DNA of 53,379 nucleotides, filler included, from Bipalium vagum (GCA_037834085.1; 3 parts of 3 records of this genome joined end to end with filler, not necessarily neighbours in it), one strand, 5' to 3'; positions 22,798 to 36,710 are shown, counted from the whole stretch's first letter. Notes: generated by a model from the sequence alone, not told the origin. Numbers and translations: made by a program.

Positions 22798-25700
22798 AAA
22801 GAAGGTTCATTTTTTATCTCCGGGAAGTGTTGGGAGTTGATCTGTGCCTGGGAGTCCCCAAAAATATAACGTTTTAGATAACAAAACAACGATACACTAC
22901 CAGCAGAGAAACATCTAAATAATTTGGTTTTATCAGCAGCCTTATTATTGAAAGCTTTTGAAATTGAAATAATTATTATTTGATAATATTGAGATTCCCA
23001 CCCTAAGATCAAATGCTCTCCTAACGTAAATATATAAATAAGAAAATAATAGTACTAAAGACTAAACATTTTTAAAAAATAATACTACGAATAATAACAG
23101 TGTTATAATAATTAAATTATGAAGTTAACGAATAAGTGAATCATGTAATCGTTGAGTTATAATAATAAGAATACTAATAAAGTGATTAATGGTAACTATA
23201 AGGGAATTTTAATAATAAAAAGGGGATAATGATAATGCAATCCCAATTCTTATTGAGAAGATTGTAATAATGATAACAATAATGATAATAATCAGCGTCA
23301 GCGTCGAGGTGGTAAAATAGGAATTTTACTCCTTTTGTCTCGTCGTAGAGACAAAGACAGTAATTAGAGGCTATTCGTGTGAATAGTCGTGTCGAAGCGT
23401 AGGGATTGGTGATCGTAGCCCTATCGTAACAATTCGACAATTCAACAGCGATAATACGACCGTGAAAATTTACAAGTGATTTGACAACTCCGAAGATGAT
23501 TATTTCCGAATTCCTATTTCAGATTTTTCCTCTCGCAAGTCGATTAGAGAACGCAAAAAGATTTAACAAGGGAACCCAGTGAGATTTTCGGAACTGTATC
23601 TGTAATGATCACCTCTTTCATCTCTCTCTTTATAATTATTAATTTAATTTTTATCATTATTTTGGCGTGACTATTATTCGACATTTTGGCTATGTGGAGA
23701 CTTCATAAATCCTTAAACCTCATTAATCCTCAAAGTGACAATTTGAAAATTATTTTTTGTGAAATTTATATTTTAATACATTTGACAATATTTTGTTAAT
23801 AAAAAATTGGTTTATTGACTTATTCATTTCCTTGTTATCTTTGATTTTTGTGCTTAAATGTAAAGAAATTTTTCCTCAAAAAAAATTTTTTTTTTAAATA
23901 AAATAATTAATAAAAAATATATGAAATAATAAATTCAGTAAAATAAACTATAAATAATTATGGTTATTAATATTAATATTATTATTATTGTTGTTGTTGT
24001 ACAAAAATATAAGTATTAAAAAAAATAGTAGGTAGGAATTACTAAAAATATATTTTAGGAAAAAATTAAGTATATTAAAATTATTATTAAAAGCAAAATA
24101 TATAAAATTATGAAATAAAAAAAATAATTATTACTAATTACAGAAAATATACAAAAAAAATTATATATAAATATAAGTGCAAATTTTAAGATAAGGACAC
24201 AATCACACCAGAGTCTAGAATAGACAGTCAAATATCACGGTCAGATGTGAACATTTCCACTCAAAACAGACAATAGAAATTGTTAAAAAGAAAGGACTTT
24301 ATAAGAAATCAAATTTTTTAATTTTAAGTTGATATCTCTTATTTATATTTTTGGAATACATTGTTAAGCAATTAAAAAGTATTCTTTTTAATATTTTATT
24401 ATAAACATCATGTTTAATAAATTGGTAATTCTTACGAATTACAGAATTAACTTTCAATAAATAATTATTTCCAAAATCAAATATTTCGATTGATAACTCT
24501 TGTGAATTACACAATTATTTAATTAAATTCTCGTAAAGCCCTAAAATCATATTATCTTTTTTCGTTTGTTCCTTTATTTCCGAATCAGCTTCTATTTTGT
24601 TAGTAGTTCACATACTATTTAGGGTAGTGAATTACATTTCTTTGAGGGCTTTTAAGACACTGATATTTATATCAGTGTGAAAAGATATCCTATCTTCAAT
24701 TAATCGTAACTTTTTGGATTTTTATTATAGCAATCACTCTGATTCTGTAATTTTAAAAGATAATAAGATTGTTATTTGATATCTATAAAAATTTGTACAT
24801 TTGATTTTGATTTTATCTCCTTATTTGATTAAAAATCAGTTTTTAATCACACATAAAACCTTTTACCGTTAAGCTCTTAATCTGCTCCACTTTTATTTAA
24901 GAGACTTAACAGTTCTCAGACTTGTTATTATTGTTTGTTGGAGTGATTTAAAAAGTGAATTGTTGTTGTTATATTTAGCTGTGATTGTGTTTTAACAATA
25001 AAGTTTTATTGTGAAAGTTTTGATTCAGTTCACAGAGAGCGGATAGAATATTATCCTGAGTGTTTTGATTCAGTAGACAAGGTTTTATTGAGAGAAACGA
25101 ACACAATATTGTTAACGTGTCGAGGTAAAATAGTAATATAATAGAAAAAAAATTAACTCGCTAAATAATTGCCCTAGCTTGAAGGCTGTTTAAGAGTGTT
25201 TCATTTAATTTATTGAAATTTTAATTACATCCTAATAAATTGAAACCTTGTATTGAAGTTTGACTTCTATCTTTTAACTTTCTGTAAATAGAATTTTTTG
25301 TGAAAAATAAAATTTAAATAACATTCTGGCTCATTTAAAATTGTGCATTTTAATTAATCATTATTAATAAAAATTAATTATATCATTTTTAAAAAATAAA
25401 TTAAAAATATAATTTATATCAAGAAATTGTGAAGAAATAAGTTTGAGAGAATGAACAACAAACTATTTTATGCAAATTTCAATCAATTTGTCTTTTCATT
25501 ATATATTTTCTGTAACTTTTGAAGATTTAAGTTCATTTAAATTTTTGATTAAATGTTTATTACTAACTTTCCCATATCTCTGAAGTAAAACTCATCTAAA
25601 TCCTTATGATAATCATTCATTTTGGTGTAAATTGGTGCTTCATAAATAATAATTATTGTTAAACGTTTTCTTTGTTTGGCAGTTTATGTCCCATTCCAAA

Positions 25701-26259
25701 TATTTTATAAGAACTTATTGGAATATTTAAAACAAGACATTTTATTTTGAATTTTAACGCAATCCATTTCTGTAGGTTTACTAAATAAATATTATATTTT
25801 CAAATCAACCACCGAAAATTTGACCTTTTTGTGACAAAATAATACTTTAAATATTTCTCAATTAAAAATATTACCAAGGCTTATATTAATTTTAATATTT
25901 TGATTTTACACTTCCAAATATAATAATTGATAATAACCTTTAAGAACTTTACTAAATAATTTTAATCATAAGTGATAATTCCCAAATATTACTTGGATGA
26001 CAAAACGATTTTCATTTACTGAATTTATCCTGAAATAAATAAATCACAATCAATATGTGAAACTCTTAATCATTGATTTAATAAAAAATTATCGATCAAA
26101 TTCTGTTTAAAAACAATACAATTTTTTCCGTAAGAGTAACATTGATAGAATTTAATATTTCTTTTTTATTCCTATTATATTAAATCCTTATTTTCACAAT
26201 TAAAATTAATATCAAAATAAATTTATTGGAAAATAATTAAGAAATTTTATCTAGATTTA

Positions 26260-26454
26260 TTAATTGGAAAAATAAAAGAAACCGCGAATTAAAAAGTCAA
26301 AAAGCTTCTGATCTGTTGGACCTGGTGTTAAGTAACGGTGACAAAACCAGGTTGGAGGCCGTTTCAAAAAAATCTTTGGTGTCACTTGCCTTGTGAAATG
26401 TCGGCCATTTGTAGAGAGTTTCGTGGATAAATTTTTGCATTTGAACATTATCAT
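26260..26454 (-). mobile_element. Tc1/Tc3-like transposase catalytic-region relic
   Basis: NGRHFTRQV...WFCHR...TPGPTDQKLFDFLIRGFF resembles DGAPPHF.R.V...WIGR...WPPRSPDLTPLDFFLWG. Confidence 0.45.
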
Positions 26455-26699
26455 TTACTGAAAATAAACATCAATATTAACTAAAAAAGAACGTTGTGGA
26501 AAGTTTCAATGCATCTGAAATATAAATGTCAACATTATTTTTACCTTTGTTAGTTTAATTCAGTAAAAAATAAAAATAATGTTATCGCTTTCAAAAATAT
26601 ACAAAGTGTAATGTTTTTTTTATCAGAAATAATTATAATCAATAATAAAAGAAATATTATAATAATAAATTAAATACTAATAATATTTTCCCGATATTT

Positions 26700-27298
26700 T
26701 AGTTTTCATTCATTCCTTATGACGGTATCCGTTATTTTTTCGTGTATTTTTCAAGAGATACCATTTCCATATCCAGTTATTGTAAAGTAATTCAGAGGTC
26801 GAATGAAAAAATCAAACCCAGTGAATTCGTTATCATAAGGTCTGTTATTTTTTGCTATTCATAACTGAATTTCGAGGGCTCAACAGATAGGTACAGTTGG
26901 AGATCACTGATTTCAATTATAATTTTAAAACAAGAAAGTCCATGAACAATAACAAAGCATTGTAAAACCGCAATTTCATTATATCTTGCTTGAATCAGCT
27001 TATCTGAAGGAAAATCTACATTACAACCTCATCATTATGCAGCACGTCCTCTCCTGATATGAACCTGGTGAATCTCCACTTCATATTCCAGAATTTGGAG
27101 TCAAAGAGAAGAATGACACCATTAAATCAGTGCTCGTTAGAAAAATTTTCTTAGAGCAAATCTTGGGAGAGCAGACAACATGCAAGCTGAATCGTGAGTT
27201 ATACCGAACAAAACCATGTTATGTCATGGTGAATATTGATCAAAAAGACTTTTTGAAAGAATGTGTCCTTAAAAACGCTGTTTTTTTGGTGCCCTCTA
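26700..27298 (+). mobile_element. maT/Tc1-like 3' relic
   Basis: SSPDMNLVN...QNLESK (SPDLNPLD-like) and a terminus TTTTTGGTGCCCTCTATA resembling a ...CACCCTG-TA end. Confidence 0.5.
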
Positions 27299-27917
27299 TA
27301 TCAAAATTAAAAAAATAAAATAATTATAACCGAAAGTCAATCAGTCTCTCCAATGAAAATTGTAAATCGATTATTATTAGGAATTATAGCTACTAATGGA
27401 AACTGGAATTGAAATTTGATTTAATTGTCGAATTTATAAGTTTTCTTATTTCTTAAAATATGGAAACTATGGAGCTGGATGGAGCTACTCTCGCTAGCAT
27501 ATCATCTGATAGTCCGAGCAATATTATGGCATTTCGTGGACAACCAGATCGAATCATTAGACCCCGAGTTACTGTAGATAGAGCTTTCTGATATGATGGA
27601 TAGGATATGCTGTTTGGAATGTCACCAAACTTTGTGCGACAATTAAACCAAGATCCATTTAGCTTTCCTCATCCCAGTTTAGATATATGTGAATGTACAG
27701 TTTAGATAGATTTAAAGGTTTTTCCGGTTACCCAAAGCCTTGGTATATTTATGATGCTCACTGACATTCAATCATTCTCTCTCGAATCACTTTCCTCACA
27801 TGACAATAGCAAGGATCATCTTTTTTACGAAGGAGTCAAAAGACATATATTATAAATATCCTTTCCTTTTTTCTCATTCAATTCCCATGGTATCTATTTA
27901 TTCATGGTAAGATAAAA

Positions 27918-30201
27918 GTCACAAAAAAGACCTATCATGTTTATCAATGTCTTCATTAATTTATGCTAACTTCTTTTTTTTTACATTTTACAAATTTTTT
28001 TTTACAAACACAAAAATTAACCTAACCATTTATTCCCAACTCCTTAATTTTAGCCTTCAGCGTTTTTGGCAAATCCTGCAACAGAGATCTGGCCGGAATT
28101 CGGTTCAAATTCAAATTGTAGTATATCATGAGCGAGTTTTCAAATGTCGAATATATCATCACGGGCTGATTGATGCCGGGAGCCACGGCAAAGCTACCGG
28201 AAAGAAACGCTTGGCACTGATGCTTGGGATAGAAACGTGCTATTTCTCGATGGTGATTGATGATGTATGTGACTCCCTCCCATGAGCACACGACGACTTC
28301 TTCAGCATCGTTTTTCTGATCAATAATGTCAATCTATTATTTTTCTTCTGGCAACAAAAAAACCGTAATATCGACTTTTGACAAACCAAACAATTCTCCT
28401 CTTCCCAGATGGACTTGCCAAATCTTTTCGTCTTCATCCATCAGCATAACCTGGCCATCGATTGTGCAAACGGCGAAATATGGCGTTTGGCTCTCACCGT
28501 CCACACAAGTGTTACAATTACTGTAATTGGACAACAGCTGAGTGTTGCACCTTCGAATGTTTCCGATAATTTCACTTCTGATATCGGCGTTCAGATTGTC
28601 TTTGTATTCGTCACTCATCGATTTGTAATCGATATATGGAATCCTAATAGATGGAGACCAATGTCATGATGAAAAAACCCGGAAAATATCACTTCTTTTT
28701 TTCATTGTCTTCAAACGCGTTGGTCCAAAACAGAACAGCGTAACTGCCCCCAGTCAAAGAAGCGAGTATCTGGACGAAAGAAAATATTGATTTTTTGAAA
28801 TCACTTATATATTTTATAATAACTTTGCGCAAGGAAATGGATTTTTAAAAAAACTTTAATTAAAAACAAAATATCGATCAATTTGTTTATTATAGTTCTA
28901 TTTGGAACTGAGTTTTCATTGGTCTTTCAAAATTGATTGAATTCAAGGCGAAACTCGACATAATCAAATAATTCCATTTTGACATGGCCCCGTTTTCAAA
29001 TTAAACCCATTTAACCAGGAAAATACTTTTTATCGTGTAAATTTGTTTCCAAAAATCTTAACTGCAAAACAAAAATCTGTGCTCTTTCACTTCTCAGAAT
29101 TTACGAGCAGTGGAAAATTTTAAATCTAAATAACCAAAATTCTGCGCTTCTTTCAAAAAAGAGAAATAGTCAATAAAATTTCGAATTATTTCATCAAAAT
29201 GAACACATAATGAAAAGTCATACTTGTGTTTCATGTTTTGGCGAACAATGGATTGTCAATCCTCCAATCTAAACGAAAAATCAGTTTCATTAAATCAAAG
29301 AATGAAACTGTGCAACCTGACTACAAAGATCCCATCTGATTATTTCGATCAAAAAACCTTTTTCCAGTGACTCATCCAGAATCCATTTGTACATTCGCAC
29401 AACCCTGTCCGAAAAACCGACGATAATTTCGTTGATACCATCTTTGTCTAGATGAACCAATATGAAAAATGACATATATCATTAAGGGGTACCAAAATCG
29501 TTGATGACAACATTTTTCGCATTGGGAGCGATTGTTTGCTCATGTGTCAAGTGCAACTGGGAATTGTCCTTGTCCAACTCGGTCAGTTCTGACTGAAACA
29601 TATATTTTCGTAAGCCTTTGACAATTATTGATTATCATTTGCAAGAGAACTGTCTCCATAACAACAGATTTACAAAATTATAGTATAATTCATGTATTTC
29701 AAAGTTAAGCAAGTCAAATCGAGTTATTAGTTCGGGAACATCCTACCATTGCAAATGATAAATAATGAAAGTAACCTTAGCTATACTATAGAAATAACAA
29801 GCGCAATTGGAGCAGAACACAAGAATATCAGGCTGTTAGAAAACATAATATAATATTATAAAGAGATTGAATTACATAATTTTTTTCAGTAATATTACCA
29901 GCCGATATACATGAAACAATACCATTTATGAGGACTTTTTTCCAAGGAATTCCATATTTAATTATATTTAATTCTCCCTTTCTGTGTTCAACATCAGCTT
30001 CTCCGTAACTTTGTAAATCTCCGGAATCCCAACTTCCAATTATCAGCTCAATGTCCTAGAGTAATCAAATAACCTCCCAAAATAAAAATCAGGATTAACA
30101 TTATCTTTGTCTACATCATACAAAAATAAATTGGCAGAAAATTCTGTTTTGATTTCGTTAATTTCAAAATAATCAATAAAATTTATCGGTCTGACGAACA
30201 T
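27918..30201 (-). CDS. ITFG2: ITFG2-like (KICSTOR subunit, FG-GAP repeat protein), multi-exon
   Basis: Exons 30201-30100 (MFVRPINFIDY...LYDVDKDN) and 30055-29876 (DIELIIG...PWKKVLINGIVSCISAGN), then QTIAPNAKNVVINDF|DKDGINEIIVGFSDRVVRMYKW, FAVCTIDGQVMLMD...WQVHL...LFGLSKVDI, CSWEGVTYIINH...AFLSGSFA...MIYSTF. The order matches ITFG2. The exact last exon is uncertain. Confidence 0.88.
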
Positions 30202-30373
30202 TTAAAATTGGTTACAGAAGTTATTATTTAAACAATTATTTATATTATTATACATCATGTAATAGCAGTTAATTATAATAATTTTACAATTTACAGTATA
30301 TTCAATCTTCACTTTAATTTTAATTTATATATTTCATTTAAAATTTTATATCTTTTATATACATTTATATATA

Positions 30374-32120
30374 TTACTTTGGACTAAATTTCTTTGAGTT
30401 CTGGTGTTCTTCAACCTTATTACTTAAAACGATTTTTTGAGGACCAACATTGTTACTTGTATCCATCTCTAACCATTGTACAGGTTCTAAGAAAATCAGT
30501 CGACTCATGACCTCCCACATCATCTACATATTTTCCATTAAACTATATTCATAATAATCAACAATTTTTATTTATTATAAAATATAAAGTGATTTCGTTT
30601 CGTTTGTCCTTTGTTAAACTGATCGAAAATAATTTGAAAAATACTAATTCCTTCTTAATTTATCCTATCATAATATATAATATTAAATAACCACCAATAA
30701 GCTCTAATAATTATAAAATGTTGTAAGTAATCGCAAATTTTATTTATTTAAGTAATCGTTTCGTAAAATTTGACCACCCAGTTTTAAGTGTATTTATGTA
30801 GAGGTACGAATCTGAGAACTTTTTGGTGGACAATAGTAGAGCCAGAGACTCCATGCTGTCTGTTGGGGTCGGCATCATAGATTTTTACTTCAAAACCGTT
30901 GTCACTCTGGAATCCGTGCTCAGAACAAAGCCATCTTTAGAGTACATTATCATAAAGTCAGAGTATGTTTCGTTATCATATTTAACTGTAAGACCATTAG
31001 GTTTTATATGGTAATGCGGGTTTGTATGAGGACAAACGCTTTTAATCTTTTGCACATCTGTCCTACGATCAATCTTCATGATGTTTTCCGTCAATATTAC
31101 AATTGAAGTAATTTCTTCCTGTACTTCGGGGTAATTAAACCACATACATATTAAAACATATTCCTTAATTTTTGATAATAAACTCACATATTACAGTTAG
31201 CACTAATTATCGTTCACAACTAAAAATAATTTATTCTTAATTTTATTTATAATCAATTAAAATATTATTGTGGTTTCCGCGGGTTACCATAACTCTCAAA
31301 ACTCTTTTTTATCACAAAAGCTATTTCATAGAAGATAACGATCACTGGTCAATACCCAAAAACCCACTTCATAGTTTCTCGAAAGGTAATTCTTAAACAA
31401 AACTAGTAAAACATTTATTTGCTCTGAAATTTTTACATTCTATGTTCAACTACTCTTCCATTTCTATAAAACCAATAAAATTCTATAAAGTCGATCTTTA
31501 GGTATCCAAACGGATTTAATGTTCATTTCTGTTGTTTTCAAAACAAGAAATTGATTAGATGGTATTACTTAATATAAATTTAAATCAATGCCGTATCGAA
31601 TATATTTTGTGCTTCATTCGGTTTTTCATCTTTCCATTTCAGTTTTCCTGTTTTATCTTAATAAATTTACCTATACGTACGGTTGCTGGAAATTCTTTAT
31701 AAACTTCAAGGTTTAAGATAGAATTTTAATATCGGAATTTATTATTACTATTTTATTATTATTATTACTTGTTATTATTACTAACAAAAATCTTGGCAGA
31801 GTTTTATCCGTTTTGATATTTTTTTCATTTCATTAATTTCACTGTCTCAACAATCTTTATGATTCGATTTTTCAATCATTTGCGATCTCCTACTTGATCT
31901 AAGTGTTAGTTGTTGAAAATATTCAGAAATCCAGCTTTGATTTTATCTCTTGAATTGATCATTATTGATTTACCTGGAATATCAAGATAAAAAGACAAGG
32001 GTTCCGCCCTATTTTTTCGATTACAATCTCCTGGTTGTCGTTGAGCTCATGATAACCGCAAATTCTTGAAAATACATAATCAGAACGTAAGATTACCCTT
32101 TCCTTTTGTTCATAATTAAG
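30374..32120 (-). CDS. Unidentified multi-exon gene candidate
   Basis: GC-elevated open segments with GT-AG flanks, e.g. ...SDNGFEVKIYDADPNRQHGVSGSTIVHQKVLRF|MMWEVMSRLIFLEPVQWLEMD...* and ICGYHELNDNQEIVIEKIGRNPCLFILIFQ|gtaaat. No complete model; the strand of some segments is ambiguous. Confidence 0.35.
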
Positions 32121-33117
32121 AGTGAATAAAGAAAACATTTTCACAGATAGAACAAGTTTATATATTTGTCCTCATTTCTGTTTTTGATTGATTCATTGAG
32201 AAAAATGATTTCTGAGTCTCATTTTCGGTTTTAACACATTTTAGCTGTTTTGATGTATTTATTATTAGTGATATTTATTATTATTAGTGGTACCTGTAAT
32301 GAAAAAAATTAAAATCACTTGATACGAATTAGGGGAAGATCGAAAAATCAGCAATTATTTTTTCCGGAAATCATAAAAGACTAGATAGTTCGGTCGTGGT
32401 CACGGAGTTCTCTTCTGGGAGAATCGTCCCAGAATGAATGTTCAAGGGAAAGCTCTTTTCAACAGACGTCTACTCGAACCCAGTGGATTGCCTGTGTGTA
32501 GATTGTTTGAAATTAAACTTAAAATTTCAAATTTGTGAAGATTAAAAAATTTAAGAGATTATTATTTGTAGTAAGAGTAATATACATAAACAAGGAAATC
32601 TTTATCCTTCGAAGTTCCATATTAATTATAAGTCAACTCTTTTCTTGGAGATAAATTTTAAAATTTGAAAAACCTAAGAAAACTATACGGTAATTATAAA
32701 ATTGAGATCATGTATCATTTTGTATTAGAAATATCGGAATCCTTTAAAATAAAAGATGGGAATGTGTTTCGATTAATCTTACACAAATTTTGTTTTATGA
32801 ATTTTGTTCAATATTTAGGGTATCAAAATTAAGCTGACTGCGAATCTTAAGTGGTGCAAAATAACAACAATCAGTAAAGCAATTACTTGCGTTTATAACA
32901 CACCCGAAAAATAGCAATAATAACAATAACAAGCAATATAAGGATCACAAAAATAATAATGTCCAAATTGTCCCGAATGTCATAATACATAAAATGTTAA
33001 CCAAATAAAAGTCGAATAATAATAGTTAATTAAAACAAGATAAAACGTCTAATTAAAATACTAATAATTCAAATTTTAAAAAGGAAAAACAAAAACAATC
33101 TTAAAATTAGTCTTCGG

Positions 33118-33512
33118 TTTAAATTCCCAAACTATCAACAGAGTCCATATGGCTGCTCACAGATAGGTCTCCGATGGGGAATTTAAGCACAATCCCTAGG
33201 AAAGGGAAAATATCATGAATATAAGTGTGATATTTTTCGTATTAATTTGAAATTGAAGTCTTCTTCTCGAACTTCAAACAATAAGCTTCTTAAGAAACAA
33301 TAATCTGCGTAGTAAGTCGAAAATGAGTTTCTTGTACGTTTTTGAGAGCAATATTCTGGAGAAATCTTTTTCCTTTTATATTTTTTATTGTGATCTTGAT
33401 AGGCTAATCTTTGCATAAAGATTATTCTTAAAATTAATTAAACCTAATTATTATTCTGTTGTTATACTGATACTAATAAAAATAATAATAATTATTATTG
33501 GGTCAGAAATGA

Positions 33513-33560
<48 letters not shown>

Positions 33561-34620
33561 TTATAATAATACTAGAATAATAATGACAATTTAATTAAAA
33601 ACGGTTCTTAGCGTTCATAGTAATTTAATAGCTTAACATTATTAATGACCCACTTTAGCGGTCCCTCTGAATATTATTTTATTTTCTTTGATGAACTTTA
33701 TCGGAAGTCTGCATTGGGTAAGCCCAACTATTTTATTTCCCACACCCAATCAGATTATCATTTTTTCAAGCAGATGGATACATTTCTAGCATAAAAAACT
33801 TTCTGTGACTATGGTACTATTGAAGAGTACCACACTTCAAATAAAAAAGATTGACTTTTACCAAAATAAATCAATGATTAGTTATGATTTTCGTAATAAG
33901 TAATTGTTTGACTAGACATTAAATGAAAGTTCCATAATAAAATTTGCTAAAAATTTTCTATAAAAAGAATGATTTATTGCGAGGTGGACAAAATGAAACC
34001 GAATTCAATTTTGTCATACACCCAACAGTTTTAATATCCTTGTCCTGAATGATAATTAAAATTAACAAGCCTCTGTGGTTATCATTTTATTACTGGCAGC
34101 CGGAATTAACAAAATTAGGGTAATTTGGTCGATAAATTTAAGCTGAAATCATCAGTTATAAAACTATTATAATAGAGGAACATATGGTTTCGTGTCAAGT
34201 CAATACGTGTTCCATACTGTTACTGATAATAACAATATTTTATATAGACTGAGTATAATAAAATATAATCATTTGATGCTTTGTGCCTTTGGTGGTTATA
34301 TCGCTGCTTTTTTCTTTTGAGCACATATTTTCTGTAATTGTAATTTCTAACTTTCAACCTAAGGTGAATCTAAAATTTGAAGATTTTGGTAAAATTTGAT
34401 CCTCCAAGAGTTGGCCATTTAACAATTCCATAATTTCTTTGGTTCGGAAAACATAACATCTAAGTTTTGAATCGTGAGACCACCATGTTCTGATCCTTGT
34501 CGAAGAAATGTAAATTTAATTACATTTAATAAAAACTATATAGAGAACATATTGAATTCCTTGGACGATGTTTGTATATTGTAATAATTACGAAATTTGG
34601 ACATAATCTTTGGACAATTT
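33118..34620 (-). CDS. Unidentified exon-like cluster
   Basis: ttcctag|GG IVLKFPIGDLSVSSHMDSVDSLGI* terminal-exon-like segment, ORF 33213-33416 and open segment IRTWWSHDSKLRCYVFRTKEIMELL. Confidence 0.25.
33512..33560. repeat. (AAT)n microsatellite
   Basis: About 16 perfect units. Confidence 0.95.
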
Positions 34621-34853
34621 ATAAATTTGCACTCAAAAATGTTAGTCTAAGACTACGAACCCTTTCATATTTATTAATTAAATCAATTTTATTAAACGTT
34701 TTACTCTGGTGATTATTTATAATTATAAGCATAATTATAAATTAATCATGAAATCATAAAGTAAACAATAAAAAATAACTAAAATTAAAATATTTATTTG
34801 ACTGAAAAAAAAATTAAACAGAGTTATTTTTATAAAATAATTTTATTTATATA

Positions 34854-36120
34854 TTAGGATGGTCGGAAGGTCTTTAGACTGATTTAAGGTAAATAAAAAA
34901 ACTTCATGAAATATATAAAACAAAATTTTATTCTTTAAAATATAGTCCATTGTGCTCAATAGTCTTCTGCCATATTTCCACAAGCTTATTGATTCCTCTT
35001 GCATATCATGCACTTTCTTTGGAAGAGAAAAATTCTCGACGGACATTTTCGAACTCCTCAATCGTACCAAAAAGACGTCCTCGTAAAAAATGTGCGATTG
35101 ACCAGAAAAGGTGTTAATCAGAAGGCCCTAGGTCTCAACTGTAGGCTGGATGAGGGAGAAGATCAAACTGCAGCTCTTCAAATTTTTGACGCCTTACCTT
35201 CGAAGTATGCGGTTTGGCATTTTCATTGAAGAATAAAGCGTGTACGATTGACTAAGGAAGGATAACGGGACCTCAAAGCTTCAACCACACGTTCTCATTG
35301 CATTGAACACAATTCGGTATTGACGGTTTTATCCACTTTAAAGAAGTTCAAAATGCACTTTTTCCTCGTAATTTCACCAACACAGAGAAGAATCTTTTCT
35401 ACAAAGCGTTCTCTTTTTGGTATCGCAAAAGTTTGTTGATTTGAGTTGAGCCACTGCTTTTTCCTGTTATAGTTGGTAAAATAAATCCAGTTTTCGTCGG
35501 GCGTGATGATTCATATAAAAAGCCGTTCATCATATGGATTGCATAACAACTGTTGAAAAATTTGATTTTTTGTTTTTGTTGCTCTCAGGTTAATGCATAG
35601 CTATAGCTTTTTTCAGCCTATGCAAATGATCATGGACTGTTGATTTGGCCAAAAATTAGGTATTCTGAAAGTCTTCGTTGACTTGTAATAGAGTTTGCTT
35701 TAATAGCTTGACGTATGATCTCTGAATCAATCGGTAACTGGCGTCCGGTACGCGGTTGGTCAACAAGATCAAATAGATCATTTTTAAATTTTTTATATCA
35801 GTTAAAAGTTTAAGCACGCTTAACGGTACCATCTCCTTTTGCTTTGCCCATAATTCGAATCGCTTCTTTAACATTATGTCCTAACTGGAACTCGTACAGT
35901 AAAAGTTCACGTATTACGTTATTGTTAGTTTTCATTTCTTAAATGAAAAAAATAACGCCTTTTAATAAAAATCTAAGAATCAATATTATGTCATTGGATT
36001 CCATAAAACAAATCCTTTAATTTGATATATAACACTTACTAATAATTTGTTAATGAGACAATAAAAATTATCAAATTAAAGTTACAAATAGGTAATCTAA
36101 AGACCTTCCGACAACCCTAA
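34854..36120 (-). mobile_element. Near-full-length mariner (1267 bp) with both TIRs, dead transposase
   Basis: Left TTAGGATGGTCGGAAGGTCTTTAGA matches the reverse complement of right TCTAAAGACCTTCCGACAACCCTAA. Minus strand reads IITPDENWILF, ENAKPHTS and F..GRLFGTIEE; multiple frameshifts. Confidence 0.92.
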
Positions 36121-36471
36121 GATAATATAGTTTTATTTAATTTAATAAATTTAAGTTAATTAATTTTTAATCTAATTTAATATCTTCACATTTTTAATTT
36201 TGTGATAATTAACTTAATATTTTTGGCGGATTTTGTTAGAATTTTTATATTCTCAAAAATTTCTAAAAGTAAAAATATTATATATTATTTATAATACTTT
36301 GATAATATGTACTTTGGTATGTAAAATTTAAAAATAATATTCATTAAAAATTTCCAAACTGAAATTTAATAAATTAAATAATTATTTGTGAACAGTTTCT
36401 TCATTCACCTTTTTTATGGTATAAAAGTCCATTTTATTAAAATATAATCGTGATTTATTATTAGTTTTTAA

Positions 36472-36571
36472 NNNNNNNNNNNNNNNNNNNNNNNNNNNNN
36501 NNNNNNNNNNNNNNNTTAATTAATTAANNNNNNNNNNNNNNNNNNNNNNNNNNNNNNNNNNNNNNNNNNNN
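36472..36571. other. Artificial scaffold spacer (44N + TTAATTAATTAA + 44N)
   Basis: Identical to 18234-18333. Confidence 0.97.
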
Positions 36572-36710
36572 ATGGCATTATCTGATAGATGGCAACAAAT
36601 TATTGTACAGAATGGTGCTTATATTTGTTAATAAAAATATATTTTTCTATAAAAAAGCAGTCTTTGTTTTTCTAATAAAAAAACGCACGAACTTTCCGGA
36701 AAACCAAATA
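36572..36710 (+). mobile_element. Mariner 3' end with right TIR
   Basis: MALSDRWQQIIVQNGAYIC* followed by AAAACGCACGAACTTTCCGGAAAACCAAATA. Confidence 0.8.

Noticed and set aside
27889-27920. Stop-codon readthrough or alternative genetic code (RSFL*LLSYHE* at the ITFG2 end; TAA inside other open-looking frames)
   Set aside because: Afadin, ITFG2 and YTH exons translate cleanly in the standard code with no internal stops; isolated cases fit ordinary stops or decay.
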